A stretch of 63,440 nucleotides of DNA, filler included, from Diploschistes diacapsis (taxonomy: Eukaryota), in the NCBI GenBank assembly GCA_023645945.1. It is 18 parts of 18 records of this genome, joined end to end, with 100 filler letters (N's around TTAATTAATTAA, not from the genome) between each part and the next. Parts side by side here need not be neighbours in the genome. Positions count along the whole stretch, not along the records: positions 49,953 to 52,124 come from JALAIB010002334.1; positions 52,225 to 54,394 come from JALAIB010002335.1; positions 54,495 to 56,662 come from JALAIB010002336.1; positions 56,763 to 58,929 come from JALAIB010002337.1; positions 59,030 to 61,187 come from JALAIB010002338.1; positions 61,288 to 63,440 come from JALAIB010002339.1; 12 more parts are not named here. One strand, given 5' to 3'. The translations under genes were made by a program, and so were the position numbers. The notes beneath the pieces are model-generated. The model was not told the origin of the DNA. It saw only the letters and a list, made by a program, of their open reading frames with translations, and did no database searches. Below are positions 50,665-61,693 of the stretch, in pieces (positions within the stretch are counted from its first letter, which is position 1; every line of letters begins with the position of its first letter).

Positions 50665-51279
50665 ATGCCCGTTACAGTTGCGCAGATTATCGGGCCCCAC
50701 GAGTACAAACCAGAGCTGGTGGAGCATATATCCTTCCGAACGGTACAACCTTCCATTAACATACTCGAGCCCAACCCAGCATGGCCGCAACGATATGAAG
50801 AAGTCAAACAGCGGATTCAAAAAGCTCTTGGGGCCTTGATTTTGGACATCGTTCATGCCGGCTCTACCAGTGTTCCTAGCCTACCAGCTAAAGACATTAT
50901 TGATGTTGATCTGACACTGAAAGACGTCATGGATGAAGCATCCTATGTGAAGCCTCTGGAAGAGGCAGGATTTCGATTCCTCCTACGCGAGCCGCAATGG
51001 CACCAGCACCGATTATTTGTGGAGGATTGGCCCAAAGCCTATCACGTCAATGTTCACGTGTGGGGTCCCGACTCGTCCGAAGTTATCAGACATCGTATCT
51101 TCCGTGACTGGTTACTCAAAACGCCAGCGGATCGGGAACTATATGCCAAAGTGAAACGCGAAGCGGCTAAACAGACGGCCATGGCTGGAGGATCAATGGA
51201 TGATTATAATCAACAAAAAGAGAACACAATCCGTGAGATCTTAGGAAGAGCATTCCTTGACTTAGGTTACGTTAAATGA
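50665..51279 (+). CDS. GrpB/UPF0157 family nucleotidyltransferase-fold protein, 204 aa, intronless
   Basis: WP.RYEE...I..ALG, HAGSTSVPSLPAKDIIDVD, NVHVW, RHRIFRDWL...ADRELYAKVKR, YNQQKE. Confidence 0.9.
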   Translation: MPVTVAQIIGPHEYKPELVEHISFRTVQPSINILEPNPAWPQRYEEVKQRIQKALGALILDIVHAGSTSVPSLPAKDIIDVDLTLKDVMDEASYVKPLEEAGFRFLLREPQWHQHRLFVEDWPKAYHVNVHVWGPDSSEVIRHRIFRDWLLKTPADRELYAKVKREAAKQTAMAGGSMDDYNQQKENTIREILGRAFLDLGYVK

Positions 51280-51840
51280 ATTACTTGAACGGCGATTTAA
51301 TTGGTGCTGTCAGACTTAAAGATGGGTATAGAAGCTGCGAGCCGTTGACCGCTGTCCGCCTACGTTTGCCCTGTATTGCTTTCGTTCTGCCTTGATCCCA
51401 TACTTTGTATAAAGCATCGATGAAGTTTTGCAATTATTTATAGTCAGGCCAAGCCGGTTCCTTTTTTGCCGCAATGGTCAGCTCCAGCATCAGCAGCATT
51501 AAATCAAATCTAGCTGTGGAGTTAGACTGGCTTGAGCATCACTTGCCCCCCGATATTCTGTATATGATCATCTCGATCTTTATTAGACAGAAGGGAAGAA
51601 TATATTTCGATCTGATCTGTAGGCTCTCTCATTAGAAGTCTCCAGAATACCTTCATTCATAGCGGGTTAGTAGGACGACGTTCCAGCTATCGGGGATCAT
51701 AGAGCATAAGGCGCCGTTTGTCCTAAGAACACTACCTAAGCCACGTCTTTTTAATATATCATATACCTATTAAGCCGGTCACATTATGTCAAGTTCCCAT
51801 AAGAGTTAATATACATTTGATATACGAGTCATATTGCGTT

Positions 51841-52000
51841 AATATCATGTGTCTGGCGACACATGATGTCGCCCTCCAGGTTCCTAAGCGAAGCAGTAAG
51901 TATTAAGTAAAAAATCTAGGCTTAAAAAACTGGGTAGGTTTATTAGGGGTTGCACCCCCAAACCCTGCTTTTTTGTTTTTGGGGATTGCATCCTCACACC
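51841..52000 (-). mobile_element. Second copy of the hairpin-terminated (Helentron-like) repeat end
   Basis: Reverse complement of 300-422; ATATCATGTGTC-TGGC-GACACATGATGT hairpin. Confidence 0.55.
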
Positions 52001-52224
52001 CCTACTAATAGAATTTAGCTGAATATTTAGAAATCTGAATAACTATAATAATTGTTTAATTTTTAAGATAAATTAAAAATAAATACTTTTATAATTTTGT
52101 CGACATCTTATAACTAACGTGTTTNNNNNNNNNNNNNNNNNNNNNNNNNNNNNNNNNNNNNNNNNNNNTTAATTAATTAANNNNNNNNNNNNNNNNNNNN
52201 NNNNNNNNNNNNNNNNNNNNNNNN

Positions 52225-53613
52225 TATTATTCATTAATTATTTATTAATTACGAGTCAATTATTTAATAAATCTTCTTTATTTACGAAAATAATAATAAG
52301 ATAAACGATATTTTATTTAAGAAACGGGTTGCTCCCATTTTAATAAAAGAAAACTAACAGCAATAATTCGACCTTATACGTATATACGTTAAAAAAAAAG
52401 CTAAACTACGTCCTTAATAATCGGCCACTATCGCCTACTACAGTCACGTTAAATGACTTTATATCATCTACCCCTACCGGTTCAGGTTTAATTTTGAACA
52501 AGACACCTAAACCATAAAAGAAAGATTAATCTAAAACAAATTACCAGATTATAATCTATACGAAAGAAATCGATTAAGAACGTCTTCATAATTTATTTAC
52601 TACGAAAGCTAAATAGGATTCTTTATAAACAAAATACCAAACGATTACTAACCTAAACGTCGCCAACTAAACCTTAAATTCGCCAATTATAAACTTAAGG
52701 AAAACACGACCCATTCAGAAGGCATAAATATATTTAATAAAACTTTCAAAAAAGCTGTCGTATAAACGAACCGAATACGCCCTAAAGATTCTCTTTTAAT
52801 AATTACTTACAGCATTATCGTCTAATTACGGAATCATTATCGACGCCATTAATACGTAAATCGATAATGTTTTATCCGTCAATATCGACTTCGATAAATA
52901 ATTCAATATACTCACCGACGAGCAAAATAAGCTCAGAAAAGAAATTATAACATATTCTTTACGTTATAATAAATCATAATGTTCTAGGGGCTTCCCCTCT
53001 TAAAGACGATCCGACGAAAAACGACGCCACCGTTCTAGCCCAATAAAAGGATATCTATTTTATAATAACGATAATTATCGTACGATACGATTCAAGCTCG
53101 CCAAAAAGTTTAAAAAATGATTATCGCAGTAAAAGACAAGAAGCGGAAGAAAAGAAAAGAATCCCGAGATATCCGCGACAAGAAAGATAAGAACAAGCGC
53201 GCCTATAATGTAAAAGGTTCAGACGATAAAGGTTTAAAAAGTTCGAAATCTAAACCTAAACCTAAACCCTAACCAAAATATAATAATAAAGTTAATAATA
53301 TATCTAAAAACGTTATTATTAAAAGAAAAATACTTCTATCGAATAGATCGGTGATACCGGCGTTTTATTATATATAACTAACCAGCTACATTTACTTAGA
53401 CATTTGATTCTTATTCGAAGACCACGAATTAAAATCGGGGAAGGAATGCTCTATTTAGATTATACTATCAAGATTAGGTTGAAGCAAGGCAATAACGGCT
53501 CATATTTAAGATATATAATGTATGTTTTTAGATTGAAAGCCAATCTTATATCGGGATAAAAGTTAAATAAGATAGGATTACGGAGGAATTTTGATTAAAA
53601 GAGTTTGTATTTA
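52225..53613 (+). mobile_element. Ty1/copia gag-protease region (RIP)
   Basis: E*IGDTGVLLYITN at about 53341 matches the WIxDTGAxxHMT protease motif. Confidence 0.7.
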
Positions 53614-53615
53614 TA

Positions 53616-54394
53616 ACGTATTTGACGGTCAGCTCGGCCACCCCCAAAGCTCGGCCACCTTAAAGCACTACCGCCAACATTCTACCGTTTTTAGATATAA
53701 TTTATTCGTCGCAATCAGAATCTAATCGATTTAAATCGAAACTATTTTCTTCTTCTTCTTCTTCTTCATCCTCCTCGATTTCAGAAACGCGACGACGTTT
53801 TTTACGCGTTATAGATCGTTTCGAAATTATTCGAGTCGATTTAACCCGAGCTGTTATTTTAAGAACTTCGTCTGTGCTAAACATAGAAGAATCTTTTAAT
53901 TTAATTCGTTTATTTAATTTACGTTTTTGACGATTATTAAAAAGCGTTTTTGGCTCTCGATTTTCTTTACGGAACGTTATAAATTCAGTATAGGTCGATT
54001 TAAACATACGGATTAATCGAGTCGAATAACGTCTAATTGAGTTAATTAATTTTAGAACGGCGCGTAACGTTCGATTAAATTTTTTATTAATCTTTTATAG
54101 TTCGGTCGTGTCTGGCAAAGAGTTATAAAGTATAAATAAATTTAAATCGAATCGATTCGTGATTAATAAAAGACTAAAAGATAAAAATAATAAAATCCGA
54201 TACGTCGAAACGAGTTTATTAAACACGATTATGAATTTGTTGAGCAGACAGGAAGAAGGCATGGCTGGGAGTTCGACTGAGTTCCAGAAGGAGGTTCAGT
54301 TCAGCTGAACTTCGAGGTTTAGTTCGGTTAAACTTCCTAGAATTTCAACTAGATCGATTAAAAAATAATATAGGTAGTAGGGCTTAACGTATCC
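53616..54394 (-). mobile_element. Pogo/Fot1 3' end (53616-54237) interrupted by LTR family B (54238-54394)
   Basis: TA-ACGT terminus with CTCGGCCACC repeats; transposase C-terminal ORF 53702-54007; TGTTGAGCAG LTR start. Confidence 0.72.
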
Positions 54395-55540
54395 NNNNNN
54401 NNNNNNNNNNNNNNNNNNNNNNNNNNNNNNNNNNNNNNTTAATTAATTAANNNNNNNNNNNNNNNNNNNNNNNNNNNNNNNNNNNNNNNNNNNNAGCAAG
54501 CTCGAAGGAGCTCATATAAGGAGATGAGCCACGGTGCTAAGGACCGGTGACTGCTGGGATACCAGTCTCGGTGGTTTCGGGGTTGTTCCGATGCAGAGCG
54601 GCCGACAGGATTCGCAGATGAAGGGAAATTGGTTAGCGTTTACTTGAAACTGCGACTGTTGATCTCCCGAGTCGTATAGGGGAATACATAGACGAAGAGA
54701 TAGGCTATCGGCTTTGAGACTGAGCGAGCCGACGAGCTGCATCCCATCATTCAAGGCTTCACTAGAATACAACAAGAATATATCAAAGGGGATATGTAGT
54801 ACTGAAAAGACGGTATGGAATAATGTATCGAGATCTGCCAGGTCCCAACGGCAGGTCCGCGAAGTAGACATGGCCATAGCTTTTGAAGAGAAAGAGAGTA
54901 TTTTGTCTTGTGTTGGCTGATCACCTAATCTCGTCTGTTGTTTAACTTGTTACCTAGTTCGTTTCACATTATTGACGGAGGTCTGACGAATCCCGCCGTC
55001 TTGGCAGCTATGCCTTTCTTGCTCACGTTTTATGTTTTATGCACGGGGCATAATAATTATTCACCACCATGTTAATTGAAAAATCCACCAGCCCTATAAG
55101 GCCCTTGACCCTCATCATCCCATCATCCGTAAGGTCTGCGCGTCTGCGAGAACGGTGCAAAGTATCGTGCCTTTTGGACAGTTGTATTATGGCTTCGTAG
55201 TTGAGTATAGGAAATACTTGATAAAGCTGACCAGCCCCCAATCATCCAAACTATTTTTCTGTGTCCTGGACCACACATTGGAGGAGTACTTTACTTGATC
55301 TTCACAGTGTTACTGAGCAAGATTGAATATCGCCTCGCGGCGTTAGCGGGGTGAAGTCCGAGATCTGTTAACCCCACTTACCGATGACCTGGCCCATTAT
55401 CGACTTTCCCATGAAAGAACAGAAGTCAGACCTCAGGCTTAGCCACGTATTTTTCCTCGAAATCACGAACTCAACACTGCTCTAGACTGCTTGTACAACA
55501 GATTCACATAAGTGGTTGAGCCTTCGGTGCATTACCAAAG

Positions 55541-56320
55541 ATGACAGACTCGACGCTTCCCACTGCTAACAATCCGTGGATGGGTAAGTAAACAATGGTG
55601 CCCACTCGCAAATCCACAAGTAGGACTGATTTCTATTTTCACACAGCATGGTCACAGTAGTAAGTGACAACTGCCGCCACAGCTACCGGACGTCAAGCTG
55701 TACGCTGACAAGCCTACCATGTCAGCTTCAAATCCACCGGCAAGATCGACCTTTTCGCTCTCTGCAGTAGCGACCGCAAAACCGTCGACCACCCGGACAG
55801 CCCAGCATCGTCCCTAATATGGATCGCAGATCCCGCCATCAAAGTATGCATCCATCCAGCTCGCCAGGGCGAAGCAATACTGACCGATTTGCGTCTACAG
55901 CCACAAGCCAAACAAATTCGGGCTATACTAGATTCAATGACAGATACAAGCAGTGACAAAAAGGTGCTGAGCGAAGGCTTCCACGTTGGAAACGACCGCT
56001 ACATATGCGTCAAGACCGAGTCGGACAGGCTGATCGGCCGAAAAGTGAGCAAGGAAATTTCCCCAAGCACAATAGCAATGGACGGGACACGTTTTTGCTG
56101 ACGCTGAGAAAAAAAACAGGGTAAGGAAGGTATAATCTGCTTCAGAAGCGAGGGCGGCCTGGCCCAGACAAAGACACATCCCCAAAGCTCCGGCTTCCTG
56201 GCCATTGCACATCATCCCGAGCTGCCGGAAGGCTCCGTAGGCGCGGCGAACTGGGTCGAAGACGCAGCCAAGGTCTTGCAGAGTAACCTCGATCAGGCGG
56301 AAACGGGACGTAGGCAATGA
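55541..56320 (+). CDS. Divergent profilin-like protein, 172 aa; exons 55541-55583, 55647-55659, 55726-55843, 55901-56044, 56120-56320
   Basis: Four canonical introns splice to MTDSTLPTANNPWMAWSQYFKSTGKIDLFAL...IWIADPAIKPQAKQIRAIL...EGFHVGNDRYICVKTESDRLIGRKGKEGIICFR...LAIAHHPE....GAANWVEDAAKVL; matches the profilin core GxxVxGxRY....DxRxxxGxKGKEG. Confidence 0.82.
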
Positions 56321-56762
56321 GTCGGTGCATCGCAATAAAACACAGGTTCCCAGTCGGCTGGTTGGTGCATAGATGAAGTTGTGTAGCCCGCTAGTCCGTG
56401 TGCGGCATGTCGAGCAAGAGAGTTTTGGAACTTCTTTGTATTTTATTCCGCAGTTCACAACCTCCTCCGAGCCTTTAAGCTATCGAACCAAAGACCCTTG
56501 AAGCTCGACACTTCATAGTTTTAACACCAGCATCTTGCGTGTCGAACAAGCCTCTGAACAAAGCAAATGCTCGAATGCCTTAATAACTCCACAAAGATGC
56601 CAAAAAGGTAAATACACCACACCCCTCAACTAGACCGGCAAATCCGCCCCACTCCTCCCCTGNNNNNNNNNNNNNNNNNNNNNNNNNNNNNNNNNNNNNN
56701 NNNNNNTTAATTAATTAANNNNNNNNNNNNNNNNNNNNNNNNNNNNNNNNNNNNNNNNNNNN

Positions 56763-58193
56763 AATTAAACGAAAAGCCGTTAATAAATAATATCCGTATC
56801 TAAAAATTAAGATATTATAACTACGTGAATCCTAAGTTATTATTTAAACGATAAGATAAATTAATAAATAAAATAAAATTAAATATAATAATCGGATATA
56901 CTAATATCGATAAACAATATAAAATCTAAACACCCGATATTTAAAAGATTATTAAAACCAATTCAATCAAATTTAAAAAAAATAATACGCTTATTCTTCA
57001 AAAACTGAAATTATCTAAAAGCTATAAAAAAGACGATAACGTAATACCCATCCGAAAGCTACCGGGACGTCCAGTTAACGATCTAATACCTAATATTAAA
57101 GATATTAACGACGGGTTAATTATTCACGTCAACGACGGGTCAATTATTCACGCTAAAAACGTATCAATTACGTACGCCAAAGACGTATCAACGACAAAAG
57201 CAAAAATTTAACTAAATTATACTAAACCTACATCATTTGTTCCTACCGAGGATCACAGCATCCTAAAGGCCCCTATTTCCGTTTTATATGATAAACCCGA
57301 GCAAGATAATAATAACCGACGATCAATAAAGAAGTTCTTACGGATTGAAATTTTAAGAAAAAAAACTGAACCCGACCCTAAATCTAAATTTATTAAACCG
57401 AATATATTAAAACCTATTATATTAATAACGAACGTTATATACGTCATTAATAACCCGATTACGCATACAGTATTCGTTAACGCCACGTTAACAACCTCTA
57501 ACATATAAGATTCTCAAATAATAAACGATATAAACGACGTTTCAATAACTATAATTATTTAAAGCATCAAGAAATTTTATAACACGAATTCCGTTATTAA
57601 TAAACGATAACAAGATATCGAACACTTTTCATTAATTAAAATATTAAAGAATTATATAACGCTTATAACCAATAAATAAAAGATAACGAACGACGTCGGT
57701 TTAAAATCGACGCGTATTAACATTTTAAGGAACTATAAAAAGGCCGTAAATGATCCAATCTTCGGATAAAAGTAGGAAGCAGCAGTAAAAAGAAAAATCG
57801 ATTTTTTATTATTGAACCAGACCTGGACTAAACTACCTAAACCATCTAAACCCACCAATATTATAAACTTAAGATAGGTTTTCGATATCAAATACAATCT
57901 CAATAATAACATTAAAAGATTTAAAGCTAGATTAATCGTAAGAAGTTTCTTATAAAGACAAGATATCGATTTCGACGAGATATTTATTTTTATTATTCGA
58001 GCCGATTCGTTACGAATTCTATTAACGGTTATAATAACTAAAGATCTAGAATGTCATCAAATAGACGTTAATAATACGTTTATCGAAACATTATTAACGT
58101 ATTAAATCTACATGACCGTATTAAATAGATATAGCGTTTTAAAGGGCACCGTGCTTAAGATTAATAAAAGCTTATATAAGCTAAAATAGGCGG
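56763..58193 (+). mobile_element. Ty1/copia integrase end and reverse transcriptase (RIP)
   Basis: *VFDIK, FKARLIVRSF, DIDFDEIF, CHQIDVNNTF and KSLYKLK*A (= KSLYGLKQA). Confidence 0.88.
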
Positions 58194-58929
58194 TGTAAGG
58201 CCAAGCAAGGAGCATGCCAATAGTCGGACAAGCGGCACTCAGGGTCTTGGCTTGCGGGTACTTGAAGGGGGATTTTGCCCTTCTTACTCTCTTCTTTTCT
58301 TTAGTAATTAATTCTAGCATGAATCTGCCCTACGTGCAGCCATCTTGCCACATTATCGAATTCCACCCTTTACAGTTCTAATTATTCTACCTTTCTTAAA
58401 AACGACGATCCGACAAGATAACACGTTCTTCACAACGTAAACGCAGGATAAACCCACATAACCAAATTAAAATAGAAGAAAGTGAAGGAAGAGAAAGAAA
58501 TAAACGATCTAAAATTACTTCACTTAATAAAAAAGATTCAGATTATATCGAGCAACAAGAACGAGACTCGTAGTCTAAAGACAAAACATCAGTAAATAAG
58601 TCGTTAGAATAAGAAGATGGTTTCGAATCTATATTAAAAAATATATTAGAAATAATAAAAAACATACTACTAAAAATAAGATAAGATATGAAGCTTAAAA
58701 AAAACCAAATAACAAAAGCGAGAAAAGATACCCTCGTCGAGAAAACAAAAAGAATTACTGTTAAAGCAGCATTAACAGCCGAGATGATGCACAAGCGATA
58801 AGTAAATTAAGATCATCTAGATGCCATAGACCGCTACCGCGACATTAAATTAAATAAATTATTACCTTTTTATAAAAAAACTGTTCAGAAACATAACCGT
58901 GGAATAACAAATATAGAAAGTATATTTAT
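58194..58929 (+). mobile_element. Nested LTR (58194-58374) and following degenerate gag
   Basis: TGTAAGG..CCTTTACA bounded GC-richer block that interrupts the copia RT. Confidence 0.65.
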
Positions 58930-59029
58930 NNNNNNNNNNNNNNNNNNNNNNNNNNNNNNNNNNNNNNNNNNNNTTAATTAATTAANNNNNNNNNNNNNNN
59001 NNNNNNNNNNNNNNNNNNNNNNNNNNNNN

Positions 59030-59898
59030 ATTACCTCCTACAATAGTAATACATTACTATTGTACTCAGCATTATTTCCCTAGTCATTACTTGCCTATTT
59101 AGTCACCCCACTTCCACTTTTCAACAGGTATATTATTACGGGGAATATAAACTAAAAATTGACATAATTAATTTACATAGGGTCATTAAGATTATTAAAG
59201 GAATATTTTACGCTATAAATAAAACAGAAAATTCGATAATCTTAAACACACTAGACTTCAAAACGAAGAAACTGTTATTAAATTACGAAGAAATAGTTTA
59301 GCGCTTTAAATTTAATCGAAAAAAACATCAAATATCTTCTCCTAAAGAGTTCGCGAAAAGTATAAAAAATTATACTATAATATACGCTCTAATGATTAAC
59401 AGAACGGATAATAAAGATACCGTAAACAAATCGCCACCGACTCGTATAAAAAATATTAACTTAATTAAAATTCTTAAGGTCATTATAAAATACGAAGATA
59501 TATTTAACGAACGACTAATCAACGAATTACCAGCGAACGGTTCTTAAAATCATGTAATTAAGATAAACGCGGAATTACTTTACGGCCCATTATATAATCT
59601 TTCAGCGATCGAATTGCGAGAACTCCGCGAATATCTAAATGATGTACTATTATATAACTAGATTCAACCTTCGATTAACCTAATAGGGGCCTCTATTTTA
59701 TTCGTGCCTAAAAAGAATAATTTTTTGCGATTATATATGAACTATCGGGGTTTAAACAAAATCACAAAAAAAAATAGATACCCATTACCCCTCATCAGCG
59801 AAACGCTCGATCGTCTAAGTGAAACTAAGATTTATTCAAAATTAAACCTAAAGAACGCGTATTATAGGATTCGGATTAAACGAAAAAATAAATAAAAA
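59030..59898 (+). mobile_element. Ty3/gypsy protease-RT fragment (RIP)
   Basis: GPLYNLS..ELRELREYL, GASILFVPKK, LRLYMNYRGLNKITKKNRYPLPLISETLDRL, YSKLNLKNAYYRIRI. Confidence 0.92.
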
Positions 59899-60468
59899 TA
59901 GGCTGGCCGTCACTGACACTGACACGGCCGTGTCAGTGACACGGACACTGATAATGTCAGTATCCGTGTTTTAGATTTTTTAGCTGCGGTGTCCGTGTCC
60001 GTGGATTCACGGAAATGCAGTATCCGTATCAGTATCAGTATTTTAAAATTTTTAATTATAATGTCCGTGTCCGTACTTTTATTATAATATAATGTCCGTG
60101 TTAGTATCCGTGTCGAAAATTTTTTTATTACGGTGTCCGTGTCCGTGCATTCACCGAAATACTTTAAATTATTTTTTTAATTTTAATAATTCTACAATTA
60201 TCACGCCTATTTCTTACGCTTTTATTTTTTTAAAAAAATTTCACCGCGGTGTTTCGGTGGATTCACGGAAATGCAGTATCCGTGTCAATATTAATATTTT
60301 AAAAATTTTAATTACAGTGTCCGTGTCCGTGCTTTCACTGCAGTGTAATGTCCGTGTCAATGTTCGTGTTTTAAAATTTTAGCTGTAGTGTCCGTGTCAA
60401 TATCCGTATTTTGAAAATTTTTGCTGCAGTGTCCGTGTCAGTAACAGTGGCACGAAACGGCCAGCCTA
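59899..60468 (+). mobile_element. Full-length 570-bp MITE family H element with 12-bp TIRs TAGGCTGGCCGT
   Basis: TAGGCTGGCCGT ... ACGGCCAGCCTA; interior made of GTGTCC/GTGTCA hexamers; no ORF. Confidence 0.85.
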
Positions 60469-61187
60469 CTCTTAATACTACGTCTTATTGATTATTTCAG
60501 AAGATTTTTTACCTAATTCAATGCCGTCGTATTTATTAAACGGGATTCTTTAGCCTTTATATATGTCCGTTATCATCTTAAAACGCTGAAGCATCTTCTC
60601 GATATATATCTTTTAATCTAAGGTCAGTTCAGTTAAACTTATTGAACCTAAACCTGAACCTAAACTACGCTATTGCTAAACTCTCATACCTAAAAGCTTT
60701 TTTAATCTCCCCCAAATCCTTAACCTTATAGCGTTCAGCTAGTACTTTTTTAAACCAACATACATCATACAGATCCGGCGCTGCTATAATAATATCGCTC
60801 ACGTAAAGGCCATCTAATAGCTTTTCTTAACCTCGGAAAATAAAAACGCATAAGTTAACATTAAATCGAACGAATTTTAAATTCAAGATTCCTTAAGATA
60901 CTAACACGCGTCGGTTTTAAATCAACGTCGTTCGCTATTTCCTATTCATTAACCATAAACGTTATATAACTTCTTAATACTTTAATTAATAAGAATTACT
61001 CGATATCTCGCTATCGTTTATTAATAACGATATTCGTGTTATATAGCTTTCTAATACCCTAAATATTTATAATTATTGAAACGTCGTTTATATTATTTAT
61101 TACTTAAGAATCCTATATATTAAACGTTATTAATATAACGTTAATAAATATTATATACGTAATTAGATTATTAATAACGTGTTTAAT
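60469..61187 (-). mobile_element. Ty1/copia RT fragment (RIP)
   Basis: - strand LTLD*KIYIEKMLQRF and LYVSDII (= LYVDD). Confidence 0.7.
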
Positions 61188-61693
61188 NNNNNNNNNNNNN
61201 NNNNNNNNNNNNNNNNNNNNNNNNNNNNNNNTTAATTAATTAANNNNNNNNNNNNNNNNNNNNNNNNNNNNNNNNNNNNNNNNNNNNGTGTTGGGGTGAG
61301 TCAGGGCACGCTTGATACGCTCAACATGCTGGTTGTTGCTCGGGGGAGTATGACTGCGAGGGAGAGCTTAGAGATGTTGAAGTGAGGTCGGGACGGAGGC
61401 AAGAGCGATGAAGTGCTTCTCGTTGAACCAGAAACGGTCCTGGGCAACGACCTGTGGTTTAATGCTTCTTCGATAAAGTCCTGGTCTACGGCAGCATGCC
61501 AGCTCTTGTCACTTCCTTTTTTCCCTCTATCGCCGACCAATCTTCCTCCATAGCCTACCAGTCCTCCTCCATGGCAGACCAAACTTCCATCGATGGCCGA
61601 ATAGACTACCTTTGTTCTCCAACCCCTCGTTCGCCCTGGACATCTATCTGCACACTTGCCCTCAGACGACCCAGGCCCACTGACATGCCGCAG

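Noticed and set aside
54512..54877. 121-aa - strand ORF at a contig edge
   Set aside because: May be the 5' part of a gene, but no motif or reliable exon structure supports it
59899..60468. GTGTCC repeat arrays as a CRISPR array
   Set aside because: Eukaryotic context, no unique spacers, bounded by TIRs
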